Assembly (NCBI GenBank): GCA_963773065.1
Contig: CAVYZN010000007.1
Coordinates: forward strand, 1 to 46,674
Length of the DNA stretch: 46,674 nucleotides
DNA from: an uncultured Gammaproteobacteria bacterium
Lineage (GTDB): Bacteria; Pseudomonadota; Gammaproteobacteria; UBA9214
Direction of reading: 5' to 3'
A program made the position numbers and the translations under genes. Position 1 is the first letter of the stretch. Each line of letters opens with the position of its first letter. Shown in pieces: positions 20,369 to 32,495 of the stretch. The notes below the pieces were generated by a model. The model searched no databases. It was given only the letters and a program-made list of their open reading frames with translations, and was not told where the DNA came from.

Positions 20369-20906
20369 GGTTCATTTCATGTCCCACGATACGCACATAG
20401 GGCAACATGCCCTGCATCCCGCGGTTTACGGCGTATTCGTTGTGGTTCACCAGGTAGATATCCAGCTTCTGATCAGCCGTATGGCGGATGGTGTTCCGGG
20501 GTTCGTCCTGGACGCGCAGATAGCGACTACCATCGGACGGGGCGCTGGCCACGGTCGCCGGCGGTGACGATCTTTCCTGCCGTGCCGACTGGAAAGTCAT
20601 GACCGCCATCACCGCCACCGAGGCGGCCACCGCCAGGCCGGCGACCGGCTTGACCAGCGCGCCCAGGCGGGAATAGCGCGACATCGCCGGTTCGGCCCGC
20701 AGGCTGCTTTTTACCCGCCGGGAAAACGTCGGGTCAACCCGGTCGGGGAGATGATTCTGCAATGCATCACTGATCACCTGGTAACGCGACAGACACTGGT
20801 AGAGTTTCTCATCGCTCGCGATGCGTTTGAACAGCAGGTCGTGTTCGGACCCAATCAGTTCGTCATCAACCAGCGCAGAGAGCTGTTCATATAAATTGTC
20901 TTTCAT
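20352..20906 (-). CDS. rseA: Anti-sigma-E factor RseA/MucA
   Basis: EQLSALVDDEL, RYQVISDAL, TM segment GLAVAASVA, YLVNHNEY. Confidence 0.92.
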   Translation of the reverse strand: MKDNLYEQLSALVDDELIGSEHDLLFKRIASDEKLYQCLSRYQVISDALQNHLPDRVDPTFSRRVKSSLRAEPAMSRYSRLGALVKPVAGLAVAASVAVMAVMTFQSARQERSSPPATVASAPSDGSRYLRVQDEPRNTIRHTADQKLDIYLVNHNEYAVNRGMQGMLPYVRIVGHEMNRDAQE

Positions 20907-20925
20907 TGTTGAATCATCCGGTAAA

Positions 20926-21501
20926 CTATTTCAGCAGCGGTTGCAGTTTTGAATCGATGGCGTCTCTCGCCCGGAAGATTCTGGACCGCACCGTCCCGAT
21001 CGGACACTCCATGGTCTGGGCAATTTCTTCATAGCTCATGCCTTCCAGTTCCCGCAGCGTAATCGCCGTGCGCAGTTCATCGGGCAATTCCTCGATGGCC
21101 TGCGTGATGGCCGCCTGGATCTCATCTTTCAACAACAGGCGCTCCGGTGTGTCCTGCTCCTTGAGACCCATGGCGCCTTCATATTGTTCCGCTTCCTGCG
21201 CATCAATATCGCCATTCGGCGGACGCCGGCCCGAGGCCACCAGGTAATTCTTCGCCGTATTGATGGCAATCCGGTAGATCCACGTATAGAACGCACTGTC
21301 ACCCCGGAAACTGTTGACGGCACGGTAGGCCTTGAGAAAGGCATCCTGGGCGACATCCATGGCCTCGTCAGGGTCGCGGATATAACGATTGACCAGCTTG
21401 ATGAGCTTGTGCTGGTATTTGAGGACAAGGATGTCAAATGCCGCCTTGTCACCCTTCTGTACCCGTTCAACCAGCGCCTGATCGATGTTTCTCTCGCTCA
21501 T
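20926..21501 (-). CDS. rpoE: RNA polymerase sigma factor RpoE/AlgU
   Basis: DQALVERVQKGDKAAF, FYTWIYRIAINTAKNYL, CPIGTVRSRIFRAR. Confidence 0.97.
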   Translation of the reverse strand: MSERNIDQALVERVQKGDKAAFDILVLKYQHKLIKLVNRYIRDPDEAMDVAQDAFLKAYRAVNSFRGDSAFYTWIYRIAINTAKNYLVASGRRPPNGDIDAQEAEQYEGAMGLKEQDTPERLLLKDEIQAAITQAIEELPDELRTAITLRELEGMSYEEIAQTMECPIGTVRSRIFRARDAIDSKLQPLLK

Positions 21502-21542
21502 CCGGTGCTTTTCCAGCCATCCGGAATGCCTGCGCGCGCCGG

Positions 21543-21569
21543 ATAGACAACAATGGATACAGATAGTTC
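21543..21569 (-). promoter_or_regulatory. Sigma-E-dependent autoregulatory promoter of rpoE
   Basis: GAACTA-N16-TCTAT about 40 nt upstream of the rpoE ATG, close to the RpoE/AlgU consensus GAACTT-N16-TCtaa. Confidence 0.65.
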
Positions 21570-21708
21570 GCCTTGATCGTAACAAACCTGATATCGTTCA
21601 ACGACTGTCCCTGTCTGCCAGAACAAGGCTTCCGCCAACGGAATCATCGCTACCGGTCAGCGTGCCGCCGGTGACAACATTAACCATAAAACCCTTTATG
21701 CTCAAGAA

Positions 21709-23338
21709 ATGGCGCCTGCATACAATTTTGATGTCCTAGTCATCGGGAGTGGCGGCGCCGGCTTAAGCCTCGCGCTGCGACTCCCTCCGCATCTCCGGGT
21801 TGCGGTCCTGTCCAAGAGCCGGCTGGATGAAGGGTGTACCCTGTACGCCCAGGGCGGCATTTCCGCGGTCACGCACCCCAAGGATTCCTTCGAGGCGCAT
21901 ATCAAGGATACGCTGATCGCGGGTGCGGGGTTAAACCGGCCGGAGGCCGTGCGTTTCGCCATTGAACGCGCTCCCGAAGCCATCCGCTGGCTGATCGACC
22001 TTGGCGTCCCCTTTACCCGGCATACCAATACGCACGGGCACCAGGATTATCACCTGACCCGCGAAGGCGGTCATTCCACGCGCCGGGTTCTGCATGCCGC
22101 GGACGCGACCGGCAGGGCCATCGAGAATACCCTGATCACGAAGGCGCGGGAACGGCCGAATATCACGCTGTTTGAACATCATATCGCCGTTGACCTGATC
22201 ACCGGCGCGAAACTCGGGCGCCAGGAGAATCGCTGCCTGGGCGCCTATATCCTCAACCGGGAACTCAATCAGGTCGAGGTGTACGCGGCGCGTTGCGTCG
22301 TCCTCGCCACCGGGGGCGCGAGCAAGGTCTATCTCTACACCAGCAACCCGGATACCTCCACCGGCGACGGGATCGCCATGGCCTGGCGCGCCGGCTGCCG
22401 CGTCGCCAACCTCGAATTCAACCAGTTTCATCCCACCTGCCTGTATCACCCAAAGGCGAAATCCTTCCTGGTCACCGAGGCGGTGCGCGGCGAGGGCGGC
22501 CTGCTGCTGCTGCCGGACATGACACCTTTCATGCACCGCTTCGATGAACGCGGCGACCTGGCGCCACGGGACATCGTGGCGCGCGCCATAGACCATGAAA
22601 TGAAGCGGCTCGGCCTGGAGTACGTTCTGCTCGATATCAGCCACAAGCCGGCCCCGTTCATCAGGGAGCATTTTCCGACCGTCTACGCGCGCTGCCGCGA
22701 ACTCGGCTACGACATGACGCTGGAACCCATCCCGGTGGTGCCGGCGGCGCACTACACCTGCGGCGGCGTCATAACGGACCTCAAGGGATGCACCGACCTG
22801 CCCGGCCTGTACGCCATCGGCGAGGTGGCCTGCACCGGCATGCACGGCGCCAACCGGATGGCCAGCAATTCCCTGCTGGAGTGCCTGGTGTTCGCGGCAT
22901 CCGCGGGCGAGGATATCGCCGCGCGCCTGGCCGCGGTACCGCAGCCGCCGCTATTACCCGCATGGGACGTGTCGCGGGTCAGGGATTCCGACGAAGAAGT
23001 CGTCGTCGAGTCACAACTGGGACGAATTGCGCCGCTGCATGTGGAACTATGTGGGGATCGTGCGCACCAGCAAGCGCCTGCAGCGCGCCGCCCGGCGCGT
23101 GGAACTGCTGCAACAGGAGATCCAGGAGTACTACAGCAATTTCACCATCTCCAACGACCTGCTGGAGCTGCGCAACCTGGCGCAGGTGGCCGAACTCATC
23201 ATCCGCTCCGCGCAACTGCGCAAGGAGAGCCGCGGGCTGCACTACATCCTCGACTACCCCGAACCCGATACCGGCCATCTTCCGGCCGATACCGTCCTCA
23301 CCCCCGCCCCGACCGCCGGGGGCGTGGCGGGGGCCTGA
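21709..23338 (+). CDS. nadB: L-aspartate oxidase (frameshift near 23007)
   Basis: [35 protein letters not shown]. The C-terminus ([19 protein letters not shown]...KESRGLHY) continues in ORF 23027..23338. Confidence 0.95.
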
Positions 23339-23345
23339 ACGGGGT

Positions 23346-23615
23346 TCATACGATTTGGAAGGTCGGCGGCGGAGCGGCCGCCGCAAAGTCCTGGCAGCGC
23401 ACCTCACTCACCCGTGCACCCGGCGGGCCGTCGGACAGCCAGCCGCACAGGGCGGCAACGGCATCGGCCGGACCACAGGCCAGCACTTCAACCCGTCCGT
23501 CGCGCAGGTTGCGCGCATAACCGGTCACTCCCAACGCCAGCGCCCGATCACGCGTCGAGGCGCGAAAACATACCCCTTGTACGTGACCGCTGACGAAACA
23601 CCGTCGACATGCCAT
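23346..23615 (-). CDS. acyP: Acylphosphatase
   Basis: [31 protein letters not shown]. Confidence 0.92.
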   Translation of the reverse strand: MACRRCFVSGHVQGVCFRASTRDRALALGVTGYARNLRDGRVEVLACGPADAVAALCGWLSDGPPGARVSEVRCQDFAAAAPPPTFQIV

Positions 23616-23631
23616 AGGGTCGCGACAGGGG

Positions 23632-24150
23632 CTAGCGGGAAGTGGCGGTCTGCCGCAACGGCCCGGAGACGGCCTGCGGCTTAGGCATCTGCCGCTGCTT
23701 GCGTGCCAGGAAGGCCTCGATGGCCTGCCCGGTGATCGGTCCTTCCTGGCGGGCGACCCGTTCACCCTGCGGCGAGATGATGTAGGTAGTTGGCAGGCCG
23801 AGCACCGGTCCGAGCGGCGTCACGGTGACCGGTTCCATGCTCAGCACGGGATAGCTCATGAAATGCGTGTCAACGAATTCTTTCAGGTATTCGGGGTCGA
23901 CCGCTTCGAAGTTGATGCCCAGAACCACGGCGTCCTTGTCCTTGTGTTTTTCATGGAACTCGACCAAATCCGGAATTTCATCCAGGCAGGGCGGGCACCA
24001 CGTCGCCCAGTAGTTAACGATCACCCATTTGCCGCGAAATTCGGACAGGGAACGGGGCTTGCCGTTGATATCGGTCAAGGTGAAATCAACCTGGTCCGCG
24101 AGCGCCGTCATCGCCATGAATACCCCTAACAGTGCTACTGCGAACCGCAT
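23632..24150 (-). CDS. TlpA-family thiol:disulfide oxidoreductase
   Basis: Signal peptide, VNYWATWCPPC, GLPTTYII. Confidence 0.92.
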   Translation of the reverse strand: MRFAVALLGVFMAMTALADQVDFTLTDINGKPRSLSEFRGKWVIVNYWATWCPPCLDEIPDLVEFHEKHKDKDAVVLGINFEAVDPEYLKEFVDTHFMSYPVLSMEPVTVTPLGPVLGLPTTYIISPQGERVARQEGPITGQAIEAFLARKQRQMPKPQAVSGPLRQTATSR

Positions 24151-24298
24151 GCGTTGCTCCTCCGGAAACAGGCGTTATTGTACAGAAAATTCGGACAAAT
24201 CGCGCCGCATTAGGTTCCCGCCCGTAGACGGCCAGTTTCAGGCTAGAATTAAGGTCAAACAAGGCTTACCCGGCGTTCACGCAGACAGGCGTACACCC

Positions 24299-25822
24299 AT
24301 GGCGACCATTCGCAAGCAGGACTTCATCGACAGCATCCAGGACGCGCTGCAATACATCTCCTATTACCATCCCCCGGATTTCATACAGGCGCTGTACGCG
24401 GCCTACCAGGCCGAGCAAGCGCCCGCCGCGCGCGACGCCATGGCGCAGATCCTGATCAACTCCCGCCTGTGCGCCGAGGGGCATCGTCCCGTCTGCCAGG
24501 ACACCGGCATCGTCAATGTCTTTCTTGACATCGGCATGGATGTCCGCTGGGACACGGACATGAGCCTGGACGCCATGGTCAACCGCGCCGTGCACGCGGC
24601 CTACACCGACCCGCTCAATCCGCTGCGCGGTTCGATCGTCGCCGACCCCGCGGGTGAACGGCGCAACACGGGGGACAATACCCCGGCGGTCATCCACATG
24701 AATGTCGTACCCGGCGCCGTCCTCGGAATCACGGTGGCCGCCAAGGGCGGCGGGTCGGAACACAAGTCCCGCTTCGCCATGCTCAACCCCAGCGATGATC
24801 TCGTCGCGTGGGTGCTGGAGCAGGTGCCCGCCATGGGCGCCGGCTGGTGTCCGCCGGGCCTGCTGGGCATCGGCATCGGCGGGACCGCCGAGAAGGCGAT
24901 GCTGCTGGCCAAGGAGGCCTTGCTGGAACCCATCACGATGCATGAACTCAAACGCCGCGGACCCTCGAACCGGCTGGAAGAACTGCGCCTGGAAATCCAT
25001 GAGAAGGTCAATGCGCTGGGTATCGGCGCGCAGGGCCTGGGAGGGCTTACCACCGTGCTCGACGTCAAGATCCGCGACTACCCGACGCACGCGTCTTCGA
25101 AACCCGTGGCCATCATTCCGAACTGCGCCGCCACCCGCCATGTGCATTTTACCCTGGACGGCAGCGGCCCCGCGCGGCTCGAGCCGCCCGATCTCGATAG
25201 CTGGCCGGTCATCGCCCGTGATCCGGGCAGGTCGGCGCGCCGGGTGCGGTTGGACGGACTGGACCGGGAAGCCATCAGTCAGTGGCAACCGGGCGAGACA
25301 CTGCTGATCAGCGGCAAACTGCTTACCGGCCGCGATGCGGCGCATAAACGCCTCATCGATCTGCTGGACCGGGGCGAGGCGCTGCCCGGCGGCCTCGACT
25401 TCAGGGGACGTTTCATCTACTACGTGGGACCGGTCGACCCGGTGGGTGACGAGGTGGTCGGTCCGGCCGGTCCGACCACGGCGACCCGCATGGACAAGTT
25501 TACCGAACCGCTGCTCGCCAAAACCGGCTTGCTGGGCATGATCGGCAAGGCGGAACGCGGCCCGCAGACCGTCGCGGCCATTGCCCGCTACGGGGCGGTC
25601 TACCTGATTGCGATCGGCGGCGCGGCCTACCTGGTATCCAAGGCCATCCGCGCCTCCCGGGTGGTCGCCTTCCCGGAACTGGGCATGGAGGCCGTGTATG
25701 AATTCGAGGTCCAGGACATGCCCGTCACCGTGGCCGTTGACGCCCGCGGCAACTCGATACACGAGAGCGGTCCGCGGGAATGGCGCATGCGCATCGGCAA
25801 GATCCCGGTGGTAACCCGCTAG
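24299..25822 (+). CDS. Class I fumarate hydratase (Fe-S)
   Basis: PVCQDTG, KGGGSE, GWCPPG, GRDAAHKR, GPTTATRMD. Start at MATIRKQD. Confidence 0.95.
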   Translation: MATIRKQDFIDSIQDALQYISYYHPPDFIQALYAAYQAEQAPAARDAMAQILINSRLCAEGHRPVCQDTGIVNVFLDIGMDVRWDTDMSLDAMVNRAVHAAYTDPLNPLRGSIVADPAGERRNTGDNTPAVIHMNVVPGAVLGITVAAKGGGSEHKSRFAMLNPSDDLVAWVLEQVPAMGAGWCPPGLLGIGIGGTAEKAMLLAKEALLEPITMHELKRRGPSNRLEELRLEIHEKVNALGIGAQGLGGLTTVLDVKIRDYPTHASSKPVAIIPNCAATRHVHFTLDGSGPARLEPPDLDSWPVIARDPGRSARRVRLDGLDREAISQWQPGETLLISGKLLTGRDAAHKRLIDLLDRGEALPGGLDFRGRFIYYVGPVDPVGDEVVGPAGPTTATRMDKFTEPLLAKTGLLGMIGKAERGPQTVAAIARYGAVYLIAIGGAAYLVSKAIRASRVVAFPELGMEAVYEFEVQDMPVTVAVDARGNSIHESGPREWRMRIGKIPVVTR

Positions 25823-25887
25823 GCACGCTTCTCACACGATGGATCGCCAAACCAGGCGAACGATCCGCGATCCATGGCAGGGTTCGG

Positions 25888-25957
25888 TGTAGAAGCGGCC
25901 TTGGCCGCGAAGGGTCTCCGATCAGCAGCGTTGTTCGCGGGCAAGCCCGCTCCTACA
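25888..25957. repeat. REP doublet (GTAG family)
   Basis: TGTAGAAGCGGCCTTGGCCGCGAA ... TTCGCGGGCAAGCCCGCTCCTACA inverted pair. Confidence 0.8.
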
Positions 25958-25994
25958 ATGGGTTGCCAAACCAGCGAGGCAGACAAGGGAAGCC

Positions 25995-26348
25995 ATGAGC
26001 ACCGACATCACGATCTATCACAATCCGCGTTGCGGTAAATCCCGCGTCACCCTGGAACTGCTGCGCAAACAGGGCTACAAGCCGCATATCGTCAACTATC
26101 TCGACAACCCGCCGAGCGAGAAAGAACTCTCGTCGATACTGAAGCTGCTCGGCATGGAGCCGCGCGAACTGATGCGTAAAAAGGAAGACGAGTACACACT
26201 GGCAAGGCTCGATGACCCCAGCCTGACCCGCAAGGAGCTGATCAAGGCGCTGCACGATCATCCGCGGCTCATGGAACGGCCCATCGTCCTGGCCAACGGC
26301 AAGGCCGTCCTCGGACGGCCGCCGCTGCGCGTACTGGAGATCCTTTGA
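25995..26348 (+). CDS. arsC: Arsenate reductase, glutaredoxin-dependent ArsC family
   Basis: YHNPRCGKSR, LMERPIV, GRPP. Confidence 0.9.
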   Translation: MSTDITIYHNPRCGKSRVTLELLRKQGYKPHIVNYLDNPPSEKELSSILKLLGMEPRELMRKKEDEYTLARLDDPSLTRKELIKALHDHPRLMERPIVLANGKAVLGRPPLRVLEIL

Positions 26349-26960
<612 letters not shown>

Positions 26961-27001
26961 TATCGATTGGATGACATATAGGGCGACGGCCGGAACCCGC
27001 T

Positions 27002-27706
27002 TTATGCCGAATCGCCGGCGAGGGCCGCTTTTACGAAGGGGATGGTGAGGCGCCGCCGCGCAACCAGCGAAGCCTGGTCCAGCCGGTCGAGCAAATCACA
27101 CAGCGAGGCGAGATCGCGCGGAAAACGCCGCAGCAGAAAACGGGCGGTATCCTCCGGCAACTCCAGTCCCCGCGCCCGGGCCCGGCAAGTGACGGCGGCA
27201 AACAGCGTTTCCTCATCCAGCGGCCTGAGGACATAGGTCACCCCCCAGCCCAGGCGTGAACACAGATCCGCCAGCTCGATACGAATCTGGTCAGGCCGCC
27301 GCTCGGCCGCCACCAGCAACGTCCCGCCACTGTCGCGCATCCGGTTGAACAGATCGAACAGCCCGCGCTCCCAGTCGGCATGGCCGGCAACGGCATCCAC
27401 ATCATCCAGACACACGAGATCCATCTGCTCCAGTCCCTCGAGCAGGGCCGGGGAGAGCTCGAGCAGAGGCTGCAAGGGCAGGTAAACGGCCGTACGCCCG
27501 GACACGACCGCCTGCTGACAGGCCGCCTGCAGTAAATGTGTTTTGCCCAAGCCGGCCGGGCCGGCGAGGTAGATGAGGGATTCACCCCCGCCCTGTGCGG
27601 ACAGGCGCAGGCTGTCGACCGCCTCCTGGTTCCGCCCGGGGAAGTAGCTCGCAAAGCGCGCGCTGTCCCTCAGCTTGAGACCTAGCGGCAATTGCGGATG
27701 TTGCAT
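27002..27706 (-). CDS. hda: DnaA regulatory inactivator Hda
   Basis: N-terminal QLPL clamp motif, GLGKTHLL, DLCSRLGWG, LTIPFVK. Confidence 0.95.
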   Translation of the reverse strand: MQHPQLPLGLKLRDSARFASYFPGRNQEAVDSLRLSAQGGGESLIYLAGPAGLGKTHLLQAACQQAVVSGRTAVYLPLQPLLELSPALLEGLEQMDLVCLDDVDAVAGHADWERGLFDLFNRMRDSGGTLLVAAERRPDQIRIELADLCSRLGWGVTYVLRPLDEETLFAAVTCRARARGLELPEDTARFLLRRFPRDLASLCDLLDRLDQASLVARRRLTIPFVKAALAGDSA

Positions 27707-27725
27707 AGTGTAAGATCCCGCGCGG

Positions 27726-28277
27726 CTACGGCTCGCGCCGCAGCCAGGCCCTGCGTCCCCAGGTCCAGACATAATCGAGACCGCTCCAGAGCGTCGTAAA
27801 CAGCACGCCGTAAATCAGCACATCCATCCAGAAGGACGGCAACTGCCGGATGGCCTGCGAGTACATGACGGCCAGCACCAGCAGTATCTGCGCGAGGGTA
27901 TTCAGTTTGCTGACCATGCTGGGAGCGGCTTCCAGTTTTTCGATGCGCATGTGGTACACGATCGCGCCGGTCACGATGACCACATCTCGCAGGATCACCA
28001 GCCCGACCAGCCAGGGCGGTATCAGACCGAGCCATGCCAGGGCCACAAAACCCGATACCAGCATGAGCTTGTCGGCCAGCGGATCCAGCAGGGCGCCGAG
28101 ACGGCTGGTCCAGTGATAGCGCTTGGCGAGATAGCCATCGAGGGCATCCGAGAAGCCCGCCAGCGCGAACACCAGCAGGGCACCCACGTACTGGCGGTTG
28201 AGCAGCAGCAGGACAACCGGCGGGACCAGCAGGAAACGAAAGACGGTGATGCTGTTGGGCAGATCGCTGGCCTTCAC
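27726..28277 (-). CDS. CDP-alcohol phosphatidyltransferase
   Basis: PNSITVFR and SDALDGYLAKR...G.LLDPLADK signature. Confidence 0.92.
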   Translation of the reverse strand: MKASDLPNSITVFRFLLVPPVVLLLLNRQYVGALLVFALAGFSDALDGYLAKRYHWTSRLGALLDPLADKLMLVSGFVALAWLGLIPPWLVGLVILRDVVIVTGAIVYHMRIEKLEAAPSMVSKLNTLAQILLVLAVMYSQAIRQLPSFWMDVLIYGVLFTTLWSGLDYVWTWGRRAWLRREP

Positions 28278-29347
28278 TGTCGCAGCCTGTAGGCGCCTGG
28301 CGCGCCGCCGGGGGACGGTTCCAGCACCGTGCCGATGGTGATCGTTTGCGTCAGTCCGTCCAGAGTGCCATCGAGCTGCAGCGCATACTGCAGGGTTGCG
28401 CCGTCTACCCGTTCCAGCTCCAGGCGCCTGATGGCGGCCAGCGAGGCAAGATAGTCATCGACACGTGCAAAGGCCATGAGCGTATTCACGTCCTCCACCG
28501 TGATGCTGATCATGCCGGCAACCGTACCCGGGTTCGTCACGGCAAGCCGCGCCGTCAGACGCTCGGAAACTTTATCGATGCCGGCCTGCAGCACATCGCC
28601 GAGCCGTTCGCCGTTGTCGGTCCAGGAACCGCTACCGCCGCTTTGCATGTCCCAGCGCGCAACCCAGCCCCCCGACGGGCTGCGGTTGAGGCGGCCGATC
28701 AGCACCGCCTGGGGGCTGTAGCGGGCGGAGGCGGCCTGCACCCCGTCAAAGAACCCGCCCCAGATATCGGTAAAACGAACCCGCGACTGGTCTTCCAGAT
28801 CGAGCAGCGGGAACAGCAAGGGTATGCCGCGTTGCTTCGCCGCCTGCTGCAGTTCCCGGGAGGCGTCAGTGTCATCCTGCGCCGATACGATAGTGCGACT
28901 GCTGTGGTCTTCAACCGCCAGCCAGACGAGGATATCCGGCCTTTCGCTCTTTCCCCAGTAGGCCACGCCCTGCCGTGTGAGCGCCTGCTGCAGGGCCTCG
29001 CCGTCGAAGCGCACCCGCAGCATCAATTGGGGTGGCGCGCTTTCAGGCAGCGTATAGTAACGGTACTGCTGAACAAACTGTTCGGGTTTACCCAGCAAGG
29101 ACTGGATCTCCGGCCGGTCCAGCACCTCACGCTGCCCGGTCACCCGCACCAGCACTTCCTCCATGGCCGTCTTCAGATACGCCGTGCGCTGGTCGGGCTG
29201 CTGGCCCGCGACCGGAACATCGGCCTCAAACAGGTTGTCCGCGGCCGGCGCGCCGCCGGGTAGCGGCAGCAGACACAGGCAGGCGGCGAGCACGGCCAGG
29301 CGCAGGCGCGCCAGCCGTGGGTATTTGTTATCCATGTACGGGTTCAT
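28274..29347 (-). CDS. DUF2066 family periplasmic protein
   Basis: [37 protein letters not shown]; divergent from purM. Confidence 0.85.
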   Translation of the reverse strand: MNPYMDNKYPRLARLRLAVLAACLCLLPLPGGAPAADNLFEADVPVAGQQPDQRTAYLKTAMEEVLVRVTGQREVLDRPEIQSLLGKPEQFVQQYRYYTLPESAPPQLMLRVRFDGEALQQALTRQGVAYWGKSERPDILVWLAVEDHSSRTIVSAQDDTDASRELQQAAKQRGIPLLFPLLDLEDQSRVRFTDIWGGFFDGVQAASARYSPQAVLIGRLNRSPSGGWVARWDMQSGGSGSWTDNGERLGDVLQAGIDKVSERLTARLAVTNPGTVAGMISITVEDVNTLMAFARVDDYLASLAAIRRLELERVDGATLQYALQLDGTLDGLTQTITIGTVLEPSPGGAPGAYRLRQ

Positions 29348-29515
29348 TCAGGCTGCTTGCGGATGGTGCCAAGCATACGGGTATCAAGGGATTTTGACCA
29401 TATCAGGCAAGGGCGCGAGACAGCCGGGCCGGGGCGGCGGCATGCGCGACCACCGGGTTTGCACCGCTTGCAGGCGAACGCTACCATTAGCCCAGCCTTC
29501 ATCAGGAGTCGCTAC

Positions 29516-30587
29516 GTGGGTGCGCAGGATAATAATACGGCCGCAGATCAGCTTTCCGCTTCATTGAGTTATCGCGATGCCGGCGTCGATATCGACGCGG
29601 GTAACCGCCTGGTCGAGCGGATCAGGCCGGCCGCGGCGCGCACGGCCCGGCCCGGGGTCCTCGCGGGACTGGGCGGTTTCGGCGCCCTGTTCGAGCTGCC
29701 CCTGGACCGCTATCGCCACCCCGTGCTGGTCTCCGGCACGGATGGCGTCGGCACCAAGCTCAAACTGGCCATCGAAACCGGTCTCCATGAGACCATCGGT
29801 ATCGACCTCGTCGCCATGTGCGTCAACGATATCGTCGTGCAGGGCGCCGAACCCCTGTTCTTCCTCGATTATTACGCCACCGGCAAGCTCGATGTCGAAA
29901 TCGCGACGCGCGTCATCGGCGGCATCGCACGCGGCTGTGAACTCGCCGGTGCGGCGCTGGTCGGCGGAGAAACCGCGGAAATGCCCGGCCTGTACGCCGC
30001 GGGCGATTACGACCTCGCCGGTTTCAGCGTCGGCGTCGTCGAGAAGGCGGCCATCATCGACGGCAGCCGCGTCCGGGTGGGAGACACCCTGATCGGCCTG
30101 GCCTCCTCCGGACCCCACTCCAACGGCTATTCACTGATCCGCAAGATCATCGAGCGCACGCACAGCAAGCTGGATGACGCGCTCGATGGCAAACCCCTCG
30201 CCGAGTGGCTGCTCGCCCCGACCCGGATCTACGTCAAATCGCTGCTGTCGCTGTTCAACACGGTCGAGGTCCATGCGCTCGCCCATATCACCGGTGGCGG
30301 ACTGACCGAAAACCTGCCGCGGGTGATGCCCGCGGGCACCCGCGCCGCGCATCGACTCCAATGCGTGGCAACGACCGGCCATCTTCGACTGGCTGCAGCG
30401 CCTGGGCAATGTCGATCGCGGCGAGATGTTTCGCACCTTCAACTGCGGGATCGGCATGGTGGCCTGCGTCGATGCACCCGATGCGCGCCGCGCGCTGGAA
30501 CACCTCGAAGCCCAGGGCGAAACCGCCCGGGTCATCGGCCGCATCGAAGCGGGCGACGGGGAACCGGTGGTGATCCTGGAGCCATGA
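29516..30587 (+). CDS. purM: Phosphoribosylformylglycinamidine cyclo-ligase (frameshift near 30350)
   Basis: [38 protein letters not shown]. The shifted frame from 30351 gives [17 protein letters not shown]...[12 protein letters not shown] to TGA at 30587. Confidence 0.94.
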
Positions 30588-30624
30588 CCGGAACCTGCCT
30601 GCCGATTCGCCGCACCGCCCCGTC

Positions 30625-31305
30625 ATGGCCGATACCATGACCCAGCCACTGCCGGTCGTGGTCCTGATTTCAGGTCGGGGCAGCAATCTCCAATCGATCC
30701 TCGATGCGATCGCCGGCGGCGAACTGCCGGTCGAGATCAGCGCCGTGATCAGCAACCGTCCCGAGGCCCCCGGGTTGCAACGCCCCGCCCTGCTCGGCAT
30801 CCGCACCATCGTCATCGATCACGCCTGCTACGCCAGCCGGGCCGCGTTCGAATCGGCCCTGCGAACGACAATCGATACCTTCGAACCGGGCCTGCTGGTA
30901 CTGGCCGGTTTCATGCGGATCCTTACCCCGAATTTTGTCAACCACTACCGGGGACGCATCCTGAACATACACCCCTCGCTGCTGCCCGAGTTCCCCGGTT
31001 TGCATACCCATCGGCGGGTGCTGGATGCAGGCAAACGGGAAACCGGTGCAACGGTCCACTTCGTCACCGCGGATACGGACGGCGGCCCGGCCATCCTGCA
31101 GGCGCGCGTACCCGTTCACGCGAATGATGACGCCGAGTCGCTGGCGCAACGGGTGCTGGAACAGGAACACCGCATTCTTCCGCTGGCGATCCGCTGGTTC
31201 GCCGAGGGCCGCGTAGAGCTGAATGCCGCTGGACGGGTCATCTTCGATGGCGCCCCGCTGGAACGGCCCCGGGTGCTGCTTCCCGGTGCAAAGGAGCCGG
31301 TTTGA
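30625..31305 (+). CDS. purN: Phosphoribosylglycinamide formyltransferase
   Basis: [26 protein letters not shown]. Start may be ATG 30637. Confidence 0.96.
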   Translation: MADTMTQPLPVVVLISGRGSNLQSILDAIAGGELPVEISAVISNRPEAPGLQRPALLGIRTIVIDHACYASRAAFESALRTTIDTFEPGLLVLAGFMRILTPNFVNHYRGRILNIHPSLLPEFPGLHTHRRVLDAGKRETGATVHFVTADTDGGPAILQARVPVHANDDAESLAQRVLEQEHRILPLAIRWFAEGRVELNAAGRVIFDGAPLERPRVLLPGAKEPV

Positions 31306-32048
31306 GCCACCGATGCCGCCACCCGCTCCTCACCTTCGCGGGCTGGCTGCTGGGGTGCGCCCTGCTGATCCCGGCATTGCAGGCGGCGTCCCTGCCGGCC
31401 TTCGCCGCGACGTTTAAGATCATGCGCGGCAGTCTGCGCCTCGGCACCACCGAAGTCTCCCTCACGGTGGAGGATAACGGCGCCTACCGCTACGAATCCC
31501 ACACCTGGCCCAGCGCCTGGATATCGTGGCTGCTGAAGGAGGATTTGCGCGAATTGAGCCGGGGCGTCATGGACTACGCCGGCATCCGCCCGCATTATTA
31601 CCATTACCAGCGCAGCGGGAGAAACAGCGCGCGCGCGGCCGATCTGACCTTCGACTGGAAAACCTCGACGGTCGTGAATGACGTCGATAACAGCCGCTGG
31701 GAAATGCCCATTCCGGCCGGGACGCTCGACAAGCTCGCGACCCAGCTCGGCATGATGCGCGAGCTGCAAAACGGCGCTACCGATAAGACCTTCGCCGTGG
31801 CCGACGGCGGGAAACTCAAACAGTATTCCTTCCAGATCATCGGGACGGAGACCATCGACCTGCCCGCCGGTCGCTTCGAGACGGTCAAACTCAACCAGGT
31901 GGGTCATGGTAAAAATAAACTGACCTACATCTGGTGCGCGCCGGAACTCCATTACCTGCCGGTGCGCATCTGGCAACGCAAGCAGGACCAGAGCGAGTAC
32001 CAGAGCGAGCTGGAAAGCTTCAGTGAATCATTGCGCGTGGAAAAATAA
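31302..32048 (+). CDS. DUF3108 family exported protein
   Basis: Signal peptide, ETIDLPAGRFETVK, W.APELHYLPVRI; common after purN. Confidence 0.82.
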   Translation: MSHRCRHPLLTFAGWLLGCALLIPALQAASLPAFAATFKIMRGSLRLGTTEVSLTVEDNGAYRYESHTWPSAWISWLLKEDLRELSRGVMDYAGIRPHYYHYQRSGRNSARAADLTFDWKTSTVVNDVDNSRWEMPIPAGTLDKLATQLGMMRELQNGATDKTFAVADGGKLKQYSFQIIGTETIDLPAGRFETVKLNQVGHGKNKLTYIWCAPELHYLPVRIWQRKQDQSEYQSELESFSESLRVEK

Positions 32049-32114
32049 CACGGCTGAACGGCAGGCAATCCACAAAAGGGGAAAAGGTGTTATCACCTTC
32101 CGTTAAGCGCCAGT

Positions 32115-32435
32115 AGGGTCATAAAGGGTCGATTGATTTCATCGTAGTGATCAATTTGGCCATTGAATTACCGGAATCAATCGAGTCTGACCCCACGGTA
32201 GCTTGGCGATTGCGCGAGATAGGTGCAGGTGCGAATTTATTCGCACGTACTGGACGATACGGCAAACGTGCGAATAAATTCGCACCTACGGGAGATGGAA
32301 ACGCAGTAATTGGGGCAGATTCATTTTTCAGGAAAATAAATCTGAGAATCACCTTTTCGATCATTTCCCGTTTTTGGTCGATCATCTCAGCGTTACATCG
32401 CTGGCAGTTGCGCAATGCTGGTAAATTCGCACCTA
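32115..32435. repeat. Cluster of palindromic intergenic repeats including a REP doublet
   Basis: GGGTC..GATTGATT / AATCAATCGAGTCTGACCCC (32115-32194). GCAGGTGCGAATTTATTCGCACG / CGTGCGAATAAATTCGCACCTAC (32225-32289) with a partial copy at 32422-32435. CAGATTCATTTT / AAAATAAATCTG (32316-32344). Confidence 0.75.
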
Positions 32436-32495
32436 ACGGACGGTACACTTGGCTACATACGCCAGTCGGCAAACACCCCAACAGGAACAGGTCGC

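Noticed and set aside
32115-32435. CRISPR-like repeats
   Set aside because: Repeats are inverted and heterogeneous, with no regular spacers and no cas genes in the window.
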